64,000 nucleotides of DNA from Spirochaetota bacterium (GCA_965277105.1 OZ255710.1:875236-939235), one strand, 5' to 3'. Shown: positions 40,688 to 50,738, counted from the first letter of the stretch. Translations and numbers: made by a program. The notes: generated from the letters alone by a model not told the origin.

Positions 40688-42175
40688 ATGAAAAAGAAAA
40701 AGTTAGATTTAAAAGAAACCATTGAAACCGTCGCTCTAGCCAATGACATCAAGGCCGAGCTCATCCTAGAAACCATTATCAATACCATAAAAGTAGAGTG
40801 TGCTGATTTATTAGATATCTCTGATGATAAAATTTTCGTTGAGAGTGATAAAGACTTAAAAATCAATATTTTTATTGAAAAAGAAATAGTCGAAAAGGAA
40901 AGTTACGATCATCTCTCTTTCATAGCATTGGCGGACATTTCTACCTTTAAACTCAAAGGGAATGTTGGTGAGAGCGTTAAGGTTCCCTTTTATATAGAAG
41001 ATTTAAACAGGAAAAGCATCAAACATCTAAACTATGTGATTTTGAATAAACTGAAAAATATCCGTAAAGAAATCGTTTATCAAGATTACAAAAAAAAAGA
41101 AGGAGAAATTGTAACGGGAACTTTCTTAAGGAAAATCGATAAAAACATTATCGTAAGCCTCCCTAACTCAGCCGAAGGCATGCTTCACCATAAAGAGCAA
41201 ATATTTTTGGAGCACTTTAACTACGGCGATGTTATCAAGTGTTATATTAAATCGGTTAGTTTTAATGAACGAAACCACCTTAACATTGAGTTATCGAGAA
41301 AAGATCCTCGCTTTGTCTTAAAACTTTTTTATAAAGAAGTTAAAGAAATGCAAAACGATGTGGTTAAGGTAAAATCAATAGTTCGGGAAGCTGGCAAAAA
41401 AACTAAGATAGCCGTGTATTCGACTAACAGCAATGTAGAACCCGTGGGAGCTTGTGTGGGCCTTTATGGCAATAGAATCAAAGCCATTATGAAAGAGCTG
41501 AAATCCGAGAGGATTGATGTGATCCCTTATAGCGAAGATACCAAGGAATACATAAAAAAGGCATTAGAACCTGGGAAAGCAATTCAAGTTTTACTAATTA
41601 ACGAAAAGGACAAAGAAGCTTTGGTGATTGTAGAAGATGAGAGTTATCCTTTAGCGATTGGACGCTATGGGCTTAATGTTAAACTCGCTACTTCTTTAGT
41701 AGGCTGGGAACTTAGCGTTCGTACTCGTGAACAAATGGAAAAACATCCAGAAATCCTTAAAATATTTTCTAATATTGATAACCTATTTAAAAACCAAGAA
41801 GAAGACATTAACCAATTAACAAGTATTAATGAAGAACTACTAGTCAAACTAATGCACCATGGCATTACTACGGTAGCTGAGCTTTACGAGAAAAGCATTA
41901 ACGAGATAAGTAGTATTGAGGGAATTAGCCGAGAAGACGCTGAAAAAATCAAAGGGACTCTTCAAGAAATGGTGGAAGTCGTCGAAGCCGACGATGAAGA
42001 AGAAGTATTTCAAGATGATATTGAAGACAAAATTGCTAGTGAAGAGCTCCAAGACAATATGACCGAAGAAATCCAGCAAGTAGAGTATATTGTTTGCCCG
42101 AATTGTGGTTATGAATTTGAATATACTGGACAAGACAGATGCCCAAAATGTGGGACAGAATTTGAAGTAGAGTAA
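40688..42175 (+). CDS. nusA: Transcription factor NusA with C-terminal zinc-ribbon
   Basis: S1 domain, REAG..TKIAV, PVGACVG, AIGRYGLNVKLA, acidic HhH repeat, CPNC..CPKC. Confidence 0.92.
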   Translation: MKKKKLDLKETIETVALANDIKAELILETIINTIKVECADLLDISDDKIFVESDKDLKINIFIEKEIVEKESYDHLSFIALADISTFKLKGNVGESVKVPFYIEDLNRKSIKHLNYVILNKLKNIRKEIVYQDYKKKEGEIVTGTFLRKIDKNIIVSLPNSAEGMLHHKEQIFLEHFNYGDVIKCYIKSVSFNERNHLNIELSRKDPRFVLKLFYKEVKEMQNDVVKVKSIVREAGKKTKIAVYSTNSNVEPVGACVGLYGNRIKAIMKELKSERIDVIPYSEDTKEYIKKALEPGKAIQVLLINEKDKEALVIVEDESYPLAIGRYGLNVKLATSLVGWELSVRTREQMEKHPEILKIFSNIDNLFKNQEEDINQLTSINEELLVKLMHHGITTVAELYEKSINEISSIEGISREDAEKIKGTLQEMVEVVEADDEEEVFQDDIEDKIASEELQDNMTEEIQQVEYIVCPNCGYEFEYTGQDRCPKCGTEFEVE

Positions 42176-42180
42176 AGTTT

Positions 42181-44334
42181 ATGGAAAAAAAAAAGTTATC
42201 TAAAATTAATATTAGAAAAAATCCCGATGGTTCCACTACCAAAATAACCAAGGTTCGAAAAATCATCAAGGTAAAGACTATTGGTAAACCCAAAGGGGTT
42301 GATAGCAATACCAATTCCCCACAAAAAGATAACTTAAAAAGCTCCAAGAAACTCACCCCTGTTTCTTCTGCTAATAAGCAGGATAAAGTACCTAATGCTA
42401 CTAAACCAAAAAATGCTAAAAATAAAAATAAAATTTTCATCAAAAAAAAGAAGCCCGAATGGAGCTATCAAAAAAAAGACAATAGAAATCAAAAGTGGGA
42501 AAGGGGAAAATCTAGTGATAACATCAATCAAGGGAAAGGCGTTAAAGTAGAACAAGATAAAAACCCCATACCTAAAGAAATAGAAATTTCTGACGTTATT
42601 TCGATTAAAAATTTATCGTTAAAGCTTAATTTAAAAGCCTCCGAAGTGATGAAAAAAGTATTTTCACTAGGAGTTATGGGCGTGACCATTAACGATAACA
42701 TTGACGCTGAATCCGCTCAAATTGTCTGTTCAGAATTTGGCTGCCAAGCGAAAGTAGTCTCCCTTTTAGAGCAAACTAAGATAGAAACTTTTAAGGGCGA
42801 AGAGAAAGATTACGTCAGTCGCTCTCCTATCGTTACTATTATGGGACATGTCGATCATGGAAAAACTACCCTGCTTGATAGCTTACGTGAGAGTCGCATA
42901 GTGCAATCAGAAGCCGGCGGAATAACCCAGGGCATTGGGGCTTATAAAGTAAAGTCCGATAAAGGGGAAATTTTATTTATTGATACCCCTGGGCATAGTG
43001 CGTTCTCCAAGATGCGTTCTCGCGGAAGTTCTATTAGTGATATTATTATTTTAGTAGTTTCCGCGGTAGATGGCGTAATGCCCCAGACTTTAGAAGTTAT
43101 CGAACATGCTCAAAAAAAAAAAGTCCCAATAATTGTTGCGATTAATAAAATGGATTTAGAGGGTGCTAACCCACAAAAAACCATTCAAAGTTTAAGTGAG
43201 CATGGGCTAATTAGCGACCAATGGGGAGGTGACACTATTTTTCAAGAAATTTCTGCTCTTAAAAAAACTGGCCTAGATAAACTACTAAATGCGGTTAGTC
43301 TGCAAGCGGAAATACTCGGGTTAAAAGGCAATAGAAAAATCCCCGGCTACGGGCATATCATTGAATCCGAGCTTAAAAAAGGATTGGGAAATACCATTAG
43401 CGTTGTCTTGAAAAATGGTTCCCTTAAAATAGGAAATGTCTATATTTGCGGAAGTACTTATGGTAAAATCAGAGCCCTTTTTGATGAAAACAATAAACCT
43501 ATAAAAGAAACTCAATTTTCTAACGTAGTAAAAATCATTGGACTTCCGACGTTAATTTCGGCTGGGGAATTTTTTCAAGTGGTTAGTTCTGAAAAAGAAG
43601 CGAAGAAAACTATCGATGTTCGAAAAGATTTAGAAAAACAATCCAAAGCCTCTAACGTTAAAAAAGTTACTTTAGGCAACCTTTACGACACCATTAGTGA
43701 AGAAAAAAAAAAAGAGCATAACGTTATTATCAAAGCAGATACTTTTGGAGTAGTGGAAGCAATTAAATCCATGCTCATTGATTTTAAAAATGACGAAATT
43801 AAAGTAGTGGTGGTGAGTACTGGAGTAGGAAGCATTACGGAAAATGACTTGAACTTAGCCATTGCCTCTAATGCTGAAATTATTGGCTTTAAAGTAAAAG
43901 TAGCCAACTCGCAAGTAAAAAAGATGGCGCAAAATCGGAGCGTTAAAATCCTCTACTATGAAATCATTTATGATATTGTAGATAATTTGAAAAAATCTTT
44001 AACTAAACTTTTAGATGACGAGTTTAAAGAAATATTAATTGGTAGTCTCATAGTAAAAAACATTTTTAAAATTTCTAAACAAGGGAATATCGCTGGTTGC
44101 GAAGTCAAAGAAGGAAAAATTTTAAAAAGCCATACCATCAAAGTCATTAGAGATGGGAATGCACTTTTTAAAGGGAAAATCGACTCCTTAAAAAGATTTA
44201 AAGACGATGTCAAGGAAGTGGGCAAGGGATTAGAATGCGGAGTAGCGGTAAAAAATTTTGAAGATTTATTAGAAGGAGATGTTTTAGAAACTTACGAAAT
44301 AGAAAAGAAGGAAAAAGTTTTTAAAATAGACTAA
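42181..44334 (+). CDS. infB: Translation initiation factor IF-2
   Basis: MGHVDHGKTTLLD, GGITQ, DTPGH, INKMD, SLKRFKDDVKEV..GLECG. Confidence 0.97.
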   Translation: MEKKKLSKINIRKNPDGSTTKITKVRKIIKVKTIGKPKGVDSNTNSPQKDNLKSSKKLTPVSSANKQDKVPNATKPKNAKNKNKIFIKKKKPEWSYQKKDNRNQKWERGKSSDNINQGKGVKVEQDKNPIPKEIEISDVISIKNLSLKLNLKASEVMKKVFSLGVMGVTINDNIDAESAQIVCSEFGCQAKVVSLLEQTKIETFKGEEKDYVSRSPIVTIMGHVDHGKTTLLDSLRESRIVQSEAGGITQGIGAYKVKSDKGEILFIDTPGHSAFSKMRSRGSSISDIIILVVSAVDGVMPQTLEVIEHAQKKKVPIIVAINKMDLEGANPQKTIQSLSEHGLISDQWGGDTIFQEISALKKTGLDKLLNAVSLQAEILGLKGNRKIPGYGHIIESELKKGLGNTISVVLKNGSLKIGNVYICGSTYGKIRALFDENNKPIKETQFSNVVKIIGLPTLISAGEFFQVVSSEKEAKKTIDVRKDLEKQSKASNVKKVTLGNLYDTISEEKKKEHNVIIKADTFGVVEAIKSMLIDFKNDEIKVVVVSTGVGSITENDLNLAIASNAEIIGFKVKVANSQVKKMAQNRSVKILYYEIIYDIVDNLKKSLTKLLDDEFKEILIGSLIVKNIFKISKQGNIAGCEVKEGKILKSHTIKVIRDGNALFKGKIDSLKRFKDDVKEVGKGLECGVAVKNFEDLLEGDVLETYEIEKKEKVFKID

Positions 44335-44338
44335 AAAA

Positions 44339-44692
44339 GTGCAAAGCCCTTTCCGTTTAAGAAAAAAAAAATTAGAAAATAGAATTAGACAAATTCTCTC
44401 AGAAATATTTCTTTTTGAAGTAGAAGATGATAGGATAAGAAAAGAATACCTGTCCATCATTGCGGTAAGATTAAATAATAATTTCTTATATGCTAAAGTT
44501 TATTACAGTATCCTTCATCAAGAAAATCAAAAAACTATAGAAGAGTTATTAAAAAAAATGGGAGGATTTATTATTGGGAAATTAAAGCCTAAACTAAAAA
44601 CTAAAACGCTTCCTAGGTTAGAGTTTATTTACCAAGAAGCCGATGAAAGCGAAGCAATTATTAATTTAATAGAAAGAACCGAAAAATCCTAA
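44339..44692 (+). CDS. rbfA: Ribosome-binding factor A
   Basis: Position after infB; D.RI, AKVYYS, GFI, LPRLEF. Confidence 0.85.
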   Translation: MQSPFRLRKKKLENRIRQILSEIFLFEVEDDRIRKEYLSIIAVRLNNNFLYAKVYYSILHQENQKTIEELLKKMGGFIIGKLKPKLKTKTLPRLEFIYQEADESEAIINLIERTEKS

Positions 44693-44720
44693 TTTAAAAT
44701 TATTAGAAGTAGTATTTTTT

Positions 44721-45515
44721 ATGGTATTAAACCAAAAACTTCTTCAAAAAGAAAAAGCACTACAAACTTACTTAGCCCAGTATAAAAAAATAATCATCAG
44801 TTATTCCGGAGGAGTTGATTCTACTGTTTTAGCTTTTTATGCTAATAAGGTCTTAAAAAAAAACGCTTTAATAGCTATCGGGGATTCCCCTAGCCTAGCT
44901 CGTGATGACTTAAAAAGTGCTATCCAACTAGCTCAAGATAATGCTTTTCATTTAAAAAAAATTTACCCGCAAGAATTTAAAAACTTAGATTACCTAGCGA
45001 ACAATAGCAATCGTTGTTATTTTTGCAAAAAAGATTTATTTAGCGAATTAAATGCTTTAAAGCTAAAAGAAAAAGCCGAAGTCATTATGGATGGAACGAA
45101 TTACGACGACCTTAGTGACACTCGCCCGGGGCTCAAAGCCGCTCAAGAAAAAAAAATCCACCACCCTTTGGTAGCAGTCAAATTAACCAAAAAAGAAATT
45201 AGACTTTTAGCGAATAAAAATCATCTCCCTAACCACGATAAACCCGCTTCTCCTTGCCTAGCTTCTCGAATTCCTCATGGGCTTGCCGTAACTTTGGAAA
45301 AAATTAAAAAAGTGGAACAAGCAGAAAAATATTTAAAAGATAACTTTGCTATTTCTCCTATAAGGGTCCGCTATCAATATGGAAGTGCTAAGATTCAAAC
45401 TAGCAAGGAGAACTTGCTCATCTTGCTTCAAGAAAGTGAGAAAATTATTGCTTATTTTACTAGCATTGGATTTAACGATACCTGCTTGGATTTGCAAGAA
45501 TTATTAAGAAAATGA
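44721..45515 (+). CDS. larE: LarE-family PP-loop sulfur transferase
   Basis: SYSGGVDS, NRCYFCK, DGTNYDD..D.RPG, DKPASPCLASRIP. Confidence 0.88.
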   Translation: MVLNQKLLQKEKALQTYLAQYKKIIISYSGGVDSTVLAFYANKVLKKNALIAIGDSPSLARDDLKSAIQLAQDNAFHLKKIYPQEFKNLDYLANNSNRCYFCKKDLFSELNALKLKEKAEVIMDGTNYDDLSDTRPGLKAAQEKKIHHPLVAVKLTKKEIRLLANKNHLPNHDKPASPCLASRIPHGLAVTLEKIKKVEQAEKYLKDNFAISPIRVRYQYGSAKIQTSKENLLILLQESEKIIAYFTSIGFNDTCLDLQELLRK

Positions 45516-45580
45516 TATTGCAGCAAATATCTCTAAAAAGTAATTTTCTCTTAAAGTTTTACCAAACAAAATTTTAAACC

Positions 45581-46372
45581 ATGCTTACCAAAAGATTAAT
45601 AGCTTGTTTTGATATTGTTAAAGATAGAGTTACTAAGGCTAGAAAATTTGAAGACAATATCGACATAGCTGATGCGGTTAGCTTAGCGAAAAAGTTTTAC
45701 GATGAGCAGATTGATGAAATAATTTTTTACGACATTAAGGCTAGTGTGGAAAAAAGAAAAATTGATTTAAAGACCGTTCGACGAGTAGCTAGAGAAACCT
45801 TTGTCCCTTTTACAGTTGGAGGAGGGATTAAAAGTTTAGACGATATGCATGAGGTTTTAAAAGCAGGGGCTGAAAAAATTAGCATTGATTCTATGGCAGT
45901 AAGAAACCCGCAAATTATCAAGGAAGGGGCTAAGGCTTTTGGTCGGCAGTGCATGGTTTTAAGCATGCAGGTGAAAAAAAATCCCAGTAAGAAATTTCCC
46001 TCAGGGTATGAAATAAAGCTAGATGGCGGGAGGGTAGCGACCGGATTAGATGCGGTAAAATGGGCTCAAAAAGGGGAAGAACTTGGAGCTGGAGAAATTG
46101 TGGTAAATAGCATTGACAATGACGGAACCCATAACGGCTATGATCTTACTATCACTAAAAAAATCGCCAACCTGGTTACTATCCCAGTTATTGCTTCAGG
46201 AGGAGCGGGGACGATAAGCCACTTAGAACAGGCATTTCACCAAACCAAAGTATCAGCAGGAATCATTAGTTCCATGCTCTACTCCCCTCGCTTAGCGGCC
46301 AACTTTACGGTTAAAGAAATAAAGGAAAAACTTCTCAAAAGCAACATAGCTATCCGTCCTTACTTTGCTTAA
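45581..46372 (+). CDS. hisF: Imidazole glycerol phosphate synthase cyclase subunit, atypical active site
   Basis: MLTKRLIACFD, FYDIKAS, PFTVGGGI, GAGEI..NSID.DGT..GYD, PVIASGGAG; Gln at position 130. Confidence 0.85.
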   Translation: MLTKRLIACFDIVKDRVTKARKFEDNIDIADAVSLAKKFYDEQIDEIIFYDIKASVEKRKIDLKTVRRVARETFVPFTVGGGIKSLDDMHEVLKAGAEKISIDSMAVRNPQIIKEGAKAFGRQCMVLSMQVKKNPSKKFPSGYEIKLDGGRVATGLDAVKWAQKGEELGAGEIVVNSIDNDGTHNGYDLTITKKIANLVTIPVIASGGAGTISHLEQAFHQTKVSAGIISSMLYSPRLAANFTVKEIKEKLLKSNIAIRPYFA

Positions 46373-46503
46373 ATATTTTTGAAAAAGCAAAATCTTATTA
46401 AAAAAAATAATCTAACTAATAATTAATCTATGTTATAGTATGGTTACCGATTATAATTTTTTTATCAGAAAAGCTTAGCAAAAATTCAAAGATAAATAAT
46501 TTA

Positions 46504-47412
46504 TTGCGGTTTTGGAAAATCACCCTTTTGGCTAAAGTAAGCAATTCAAAAAGCAGCTTAAATTCAGTTAACACTTACGTTGATGAAGAATTTAATAAAG
46601 TCCTAAAAGGCCTTCCACTCCCGTTGATTAATAAAATGAAATACCTTTATCAGGGGAAAAGGATTAGAACCAAACTACTTTTTAACTGCGCTAAGATTAT
46701 CAATTGCCCCATTCCTAATATTTTAATTCCAGCTTTTACCATTGAGCTCATTCACACCGTTTCGCTGCTGCATGACGATGTTATTGACGCCGATCTTCAA
46801 AGGAGGGGAGCGAAAACTATTAATGAAATTTTTGATAATAAAACCGCCATTTTTTTAGGCAGCTATCTCATTCAAAGCCTTTTTAATAAATTATCCAGCT
46901 ACGATAAAAACCTAAAAAGTATTTTATTGACTAAAATAAAAGAAGTGTGCCAAGGGGAACTGATTCAAAATAATTACTTTACCATAAAAAAAAAAATAAA
47001 AAAAGACGATATCTTAACTATAGCCAAAAAAAAAACTGGGGCATTGTTTTCTTTAGCTTCTCTTTTACCTTGTCTAATTAACAACAAAAGCAAAAAAGAA
47101 AAAAGTTTTTTCGAGGAGTGCGGCTACCAGTTTGGCGTGAGTTATCAGCTTTTAGATGACGTCAAAGACGTTCTGCAGGATTTTAAAAAAAATCAAAACC
47201 TGCAGAAAAATTTAAATTACCCTTTGCATTTTTTCACTAAAAAGAAAATAGATTCTAAAAAAAGTTTTCAAAAGGTAAAGGAAAAAATTGATTTGCTTTT
47301 CCAAAATATTTTAGAAAAAACTAAAAAAAATAATTACTCTAAGGAAGCACTTGATTTTTTTTATTACACCCAAAAAGAAATCAATCTACTAAGCTTATCG
47401 ATTATGGAATAG
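46504..47412 (+). CDS. Polyprenyl diphosphate synthase family protein (divergent; start uncertain)
   Basis: GKRIR, ELIHTVSLLHDDVID...RRG, GELIQ, KTGALF, YQLLDD..D. Confidence 0.8.
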   Translation: MRFWKITLLAKVSNSKSSLNSVNTYVDEEFNKVLKGLPLPLINKMKYLYQGKRIRTKLLFNCAKIINCPIPNILIPAFTIELIHTVSLLHDDVIDADLQRRGAKTINEIFDNKTAIFLGSYLIQSLFNKLSSYDKNLKSILLTKIKEVCQGELIQNNYFTIKKKIKKDDILTIAKKKTGALFSLASLLPCLINNKSKKEKSFFEECGYQFGVSYQLLDDVKDVLQDFKKNQNLQKNLNYPLHFFTKKKIDSKKSFQKVKEKIDLLFQNILEKTKKNNYSKEALDFFYYTQKEINLLSLSIME

Positions 47413-48229
47413 ACTTTTCCACCCACTTTAAAATATTTTTATATTTAAACTTATACCCTAGTTTTTTTTTTATTTTTTCATTTAAGATTCTTTTTATAAA
47501 AACTTTATTAGGGCTAGCTGGTTTTGTTGGTTTATCTATTTTTTGATAAAGTTCTCTTCGAGTGAATTTAACGTCACTGACTAAATTATAAATTTCGTTG
47601 TTAAAAATATTTTTTTCAATAATAAGGGCAATGATATTACAAATGTCGTGGTAGTGAATTAAATTAGAAAATTGCTCCAAAGATCGGCCGCTACTTTTTT
47701 TAAGGTAATTTTTAGGGTTGCGCTTGTCGCCAACTAAGCCCGCTAACCTTAAAACAACACTAGAAAAATTATTATTTTTATCAAGAAATAAATTTTCACT
47801 TTTTTGAATTAATTGAGATTTTTCATCAGTGGTGTTTATTTCATAGTCTTCGCTAATGTCGTTTATTTTATCACTAGGCTTACCCTCATAAACCGAAGTA
47901 GTACTTAATAAGATTATTTTTTTAATTTTATTTTTTTCGATAGTTTTTTTTACTTGCTGTAAAACAAAAAAATATTTATCTTTTTCTTTTTGAAATTTTG
48001 GTGGCAAAGCAATAATTAAAACATCACTTTTAATAAAAAAACGATGATCAGCATCCTTGTTTATAATTGGAGTAAAAATTATGCGATAAGGAATAATTTT
48101 ACTTTTCGTAAATTTTTCTACTTTTTTTTTAGTCGTGGTTGAGCCTTTTACTTCATACCCTTTAGAAATAAGTCGACGAGCTAATTTTATGCCCAACCAA
48201 CCACACCCTAAAATAGATATTTGTTTCAA
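47402..48229 (-). CDS. NAD-dependent epimerase/atypical SDR family protein
   Basis: ISILGCGWLG, GSTTT, STTSVY, LRLAGL, NLIH..D. Confidence 0.8.
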   Translation of the reverse strand: MKQISILGCGWLGIKLARRLISKGYEVKGSTTTKKKVEKFTKSKIIPYRIIFTPIINKDADHRFFIKSDVLIIALPPKFQKEKDKYFFVLQQVKKTIEKNKIKKIILLSTTSVYEGKPSDKINDISEDYEINTTDEKSQLIQKSENLFLDKNNNFSSVVLRLAGLVGDKRNPKNYLKKSSGRSLEQFSNLIHYHDICNIIALIIEKNIFNNEIYNLVSDVKFTRRELYQKIDKPTKPASPNKVFIKRILNEKIKKKLGYKFKYKNILKWVEKSIP

Positions 48230-48396
48230 AATATTAAGCTATTTACTTTAAAGTAAAAAGTAACGAGGTGGTGATCCAAACAGCCCGGGATAATGATTAT
48301 ATATGGTTTTTTTAACATAAATCAAAATAATTGATGATATAATTATAACGCTTTTAAATTTTAAATAGTAAAAATTCAAAAATAAAGAACAAAAAA

Positions 48397-50697
48397 ATGA
48401 GTATAAAAATCCATAACCTTGGCTATCCTAGAATAGGGAAATTACGAGAATTAAAAAAGGCAACCGAGCGCTATTGGCGAAAAGAAATAAACCAAAAAGA
48501 GCTTAATGAAATTGCTAAAAAAATCAGAACCAGCAATCTCCTTTTTCAAAAAGAAAATGGCTTAGATTTAATCCCGGTTAACGATTTCAGTTTTTACGAC
48601 CAAGTTTTAGATATGAGTATTCTTTTAGGAGTTATTCCCGATCGCTTTAAAAGCAAAATTAAAGAAGATGATGAGCTTAACTTAGATTTAATTTTCAGCA
48701 TTGCTAGAGGAATTAAAAATACTTCATTCACGGCCTCGGCTATGAAAAAATGGTTTGATACGAACTACCACTATATTGTTCCCGAATTAGATAACATTAG
48801 CAGTTTCCAACTTTTATCTAAAAAGATTTTTTTAGAAACTAAAGAAGCCCTTGATTTGGGGATAAATCCTAAACCGGTTTTAATCGGCCCTCTTACATAT
48901 TTAAAAATGGGAAGATTTTATGAAGAAGAAAATCTTACCAAAAACAAGCTCGATATTTTTCCTGACCTACTTAATTTTTATTTAAAAGTAATTGAAAAAC
49001 TAGTTGAAATGGGAGTGAAGTGGATTCAGTTTGATGAACCGGTTTTTTCTCTTGACCTTAGTATGGACGAGAAGAAGGTCATTCTCAACACTTATGAGAT
49101 TATCTCCAAGCGATTTGACCAGGTCAACATTATGGTAGCTAATTATTTTGGTAGTTTAGGAGATAATAGTGACTTATTTTTTAATTTACCAGTAGAGGCG
49201 CTTCACTTAGATTTAGTGCGTGGGAAAAACGATTTAAATTACGTTCTTAAAAATCTTAATAAAAAAATTGCCTTATCCTTAGGGATTGTTGATGGGAGAA
49301 ATATTTGGAAAAATAACTTGGAAGAATCTATAGAAATTGTTAGGCAAGTTCAAGAAAAACTTCCTAACAATAACATTATGCTAGCCCCCTCTTGCTCTTT
49401 AATTCATTCTCCCATTACCGTTAAACAAGAGAAAAATAACTTTTTGGATGATTGCAAATGGTTTAGCTTTGCTGAAGAAAAAATTGAAGAACTTAACGTC
49501 TTAAAAAAAATCCTTAACGATGAAATAAAAGAGAGTAAGGTTCTCGCGGAAAATAAAAAAATCTTTAACCATCGAAAAAATTACGCAGGGGTTTTTAATC
49601 CAAAAGTGGTTGATAAACTAAATAACGTTAGTGAAAAAGATTATAATCGCTTGTCGCCGTTTAATGAGCGAATCGCCAAACAAAATAAAATCTTAAACTT
49701 ACCAGAATTTCCAACTACAACAATTGGCTCTTTTTCGCAAACTAAGGAATTAAGGAAAACTCGTCTGCAATTTAAAAAACAAGAAATATCTGCTGAGAAA
49801 TATGACAATTTTATTAAGAAAGAAATTAAACGAGCAGTAAAAAACCAAAAAGAAATTGGGCTGGACGTCTATGTCCATGGGGAATTTGAGCGTAATGATA
49901 TGGTAGAATATTTTGGAGAAAATCTAGATGGTTTTACTTTTACCCAACATGGGTGGGTGCAGAGCTTTGGAAGTCGTTATGTTAAACCTCCGATTATTTA
50001 TGGAAGTGTTGCTCGTAAAAAACCCATAACAGTAGATTGGGCTTTATACGCCCAATCCGTTAGTGACAAACCAATGAAAGGAATGTTAACTGGACCGATA
50101 ACTATTTTACAATGGAGTTTTGTCAGAGACGATCAAGCAAGAAAAACCACGGCAAATGAAATTGCTTTAGCTTTAAGAGAAGAGGTAAGTGACTTAGAAA
50201 AAAATGGCATTCAAGTTATTCAAATTGACGAACCTGCTATTAGAGAAGGACTTCCTCTTAGAAAAAAAGACTGGGAATACTATTTAACTTGGGCAGTAAA
50301 TGCTTTTAAGTTAGCTACTTCATCGGTAAAAGATGAAACGCAAATTCATACGCATATGTGTTATTCGGAGTTTAATGACATTATTGAAGCTATTGCCAAT
50401 TTAGATGCCGATGTTATTTCAATTGAAACTTCTCGTTCTAAAATGGAGCTACTGGATGTTTTTTCTAAATTTAATTATCCTAATCAAATTGGTTTAGGGG
50501 TTTATGACATTCATTCTCCACGCATCCCTACAACAGATGAAATGTTTGGATTATTAGTCAAAGCTAGTAAGGTCATTAAGAAAAAAAATATTTGGGTTAA
50601 TCCCGACTGTGGACTAAAAACTAGGAACTGGGATGAGGTTATCCCCGCCTTAAAAAATATGGTTGATTCTGCTAAAAAAATAAGAAGTAACTCTTAA
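48397..50697 (+). CDS. metE: Cobalamin-independent methionine synthase
   Basis: LGYPRIG..RELK, KWFDTNYHY, HGEFERNDMVEYF, IHTHMCYSEF, WVNPDCGLKTR. Confidence 0.97.
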   Translation: MSIKIHNLGYPRIGKLRELKKATERYWRKEINQKELNEIAKKIRTSNLLFQKENGLDLIPVNDFSFYDQVLDMSILLGVIPDRFKSKIKEDDELNLDLIFSIARGIKNTSFTASAMKKWFDTNYHYIVPELDNISSFQLLSKKIFLETKEALDLGINPKPVLIGPLTYLKMGRFYEEENLTKNKLDIFPDLLNFYLKVIEKLVEMGVKWIQFDEPVFSLDLSMDEKKVILNTYEIISKRFDQVNIMVANYFGSLGDNSDLFFNLPVEALHLDLVRGKNDLNYVLKNLNKKIALSLGIVDGRNIWKNNLEESIEIVRQVQEKLPNNNIMLAPSCSLIHSPITVKQEKNNFLDDCKWFSFAEEKIEELNVLKKILNDEIKESKVLAENKKIFNHRKNYAGVFNPKVVDKLNNVSEKDYNRLSPFNERIAKQNKILNLPEFPTTTIGSFSQTKELRKTRLQFKKQEISAEKYDNFIKKEIKRAVKNQKEIGLDVYVHGEFERNDMVEYFGENLDGFTFTQHGWVQSFGSRYVKPPIIYGSVARKKPITVDWALYAQSVSDKPMKGMLTGPITILQWSFVRDDQARKTTANEIALALREEVSDLEKNGIQVIQIDEPAIREGLPLRKKDWEYYLTWAVNAFKLATSSVKDETQIHTHMCYSEFNDIIEAIANLDADVISIETSRSKMELLDVFSKFNYPNQIGLGVYDIHSPRIPTTDEMFGLLVKASKVIKKKNIWVNPDCGLKTRNWDEVIPALKNMVDSAKKIRSNS

Positions 50698-50738
50698 AAA
50701 AATAAAGAAACTATAATAGCATATTTATATTTATAAAT

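Noticed and set aside
44721-46372. Calling larE-hisF a WbuX/WbuZ (PseA/HisF2) sugar-amidination module
   Set aside because: The PP-loop protein has LarE motifs rather than WbuX ones, and no hisH or polysaccharide genes are nearby. Kept only as an analogy.
48265-48286. Minus-strand GGCTGTTTGGATCACCACCT resembles the 16S rRNA 3' end
   Set aside because: Short imperfect match with no flanking rRNA sequence.
48262-48303. Resemblance to a fluoride riboswitch (CCAAACAGCCC...GGGATAATGA)
   Set aside because: The conserved GAUG and a proper P1 stem are missing, the second stem would have no loop, and metE is not a fluoride-related gene.
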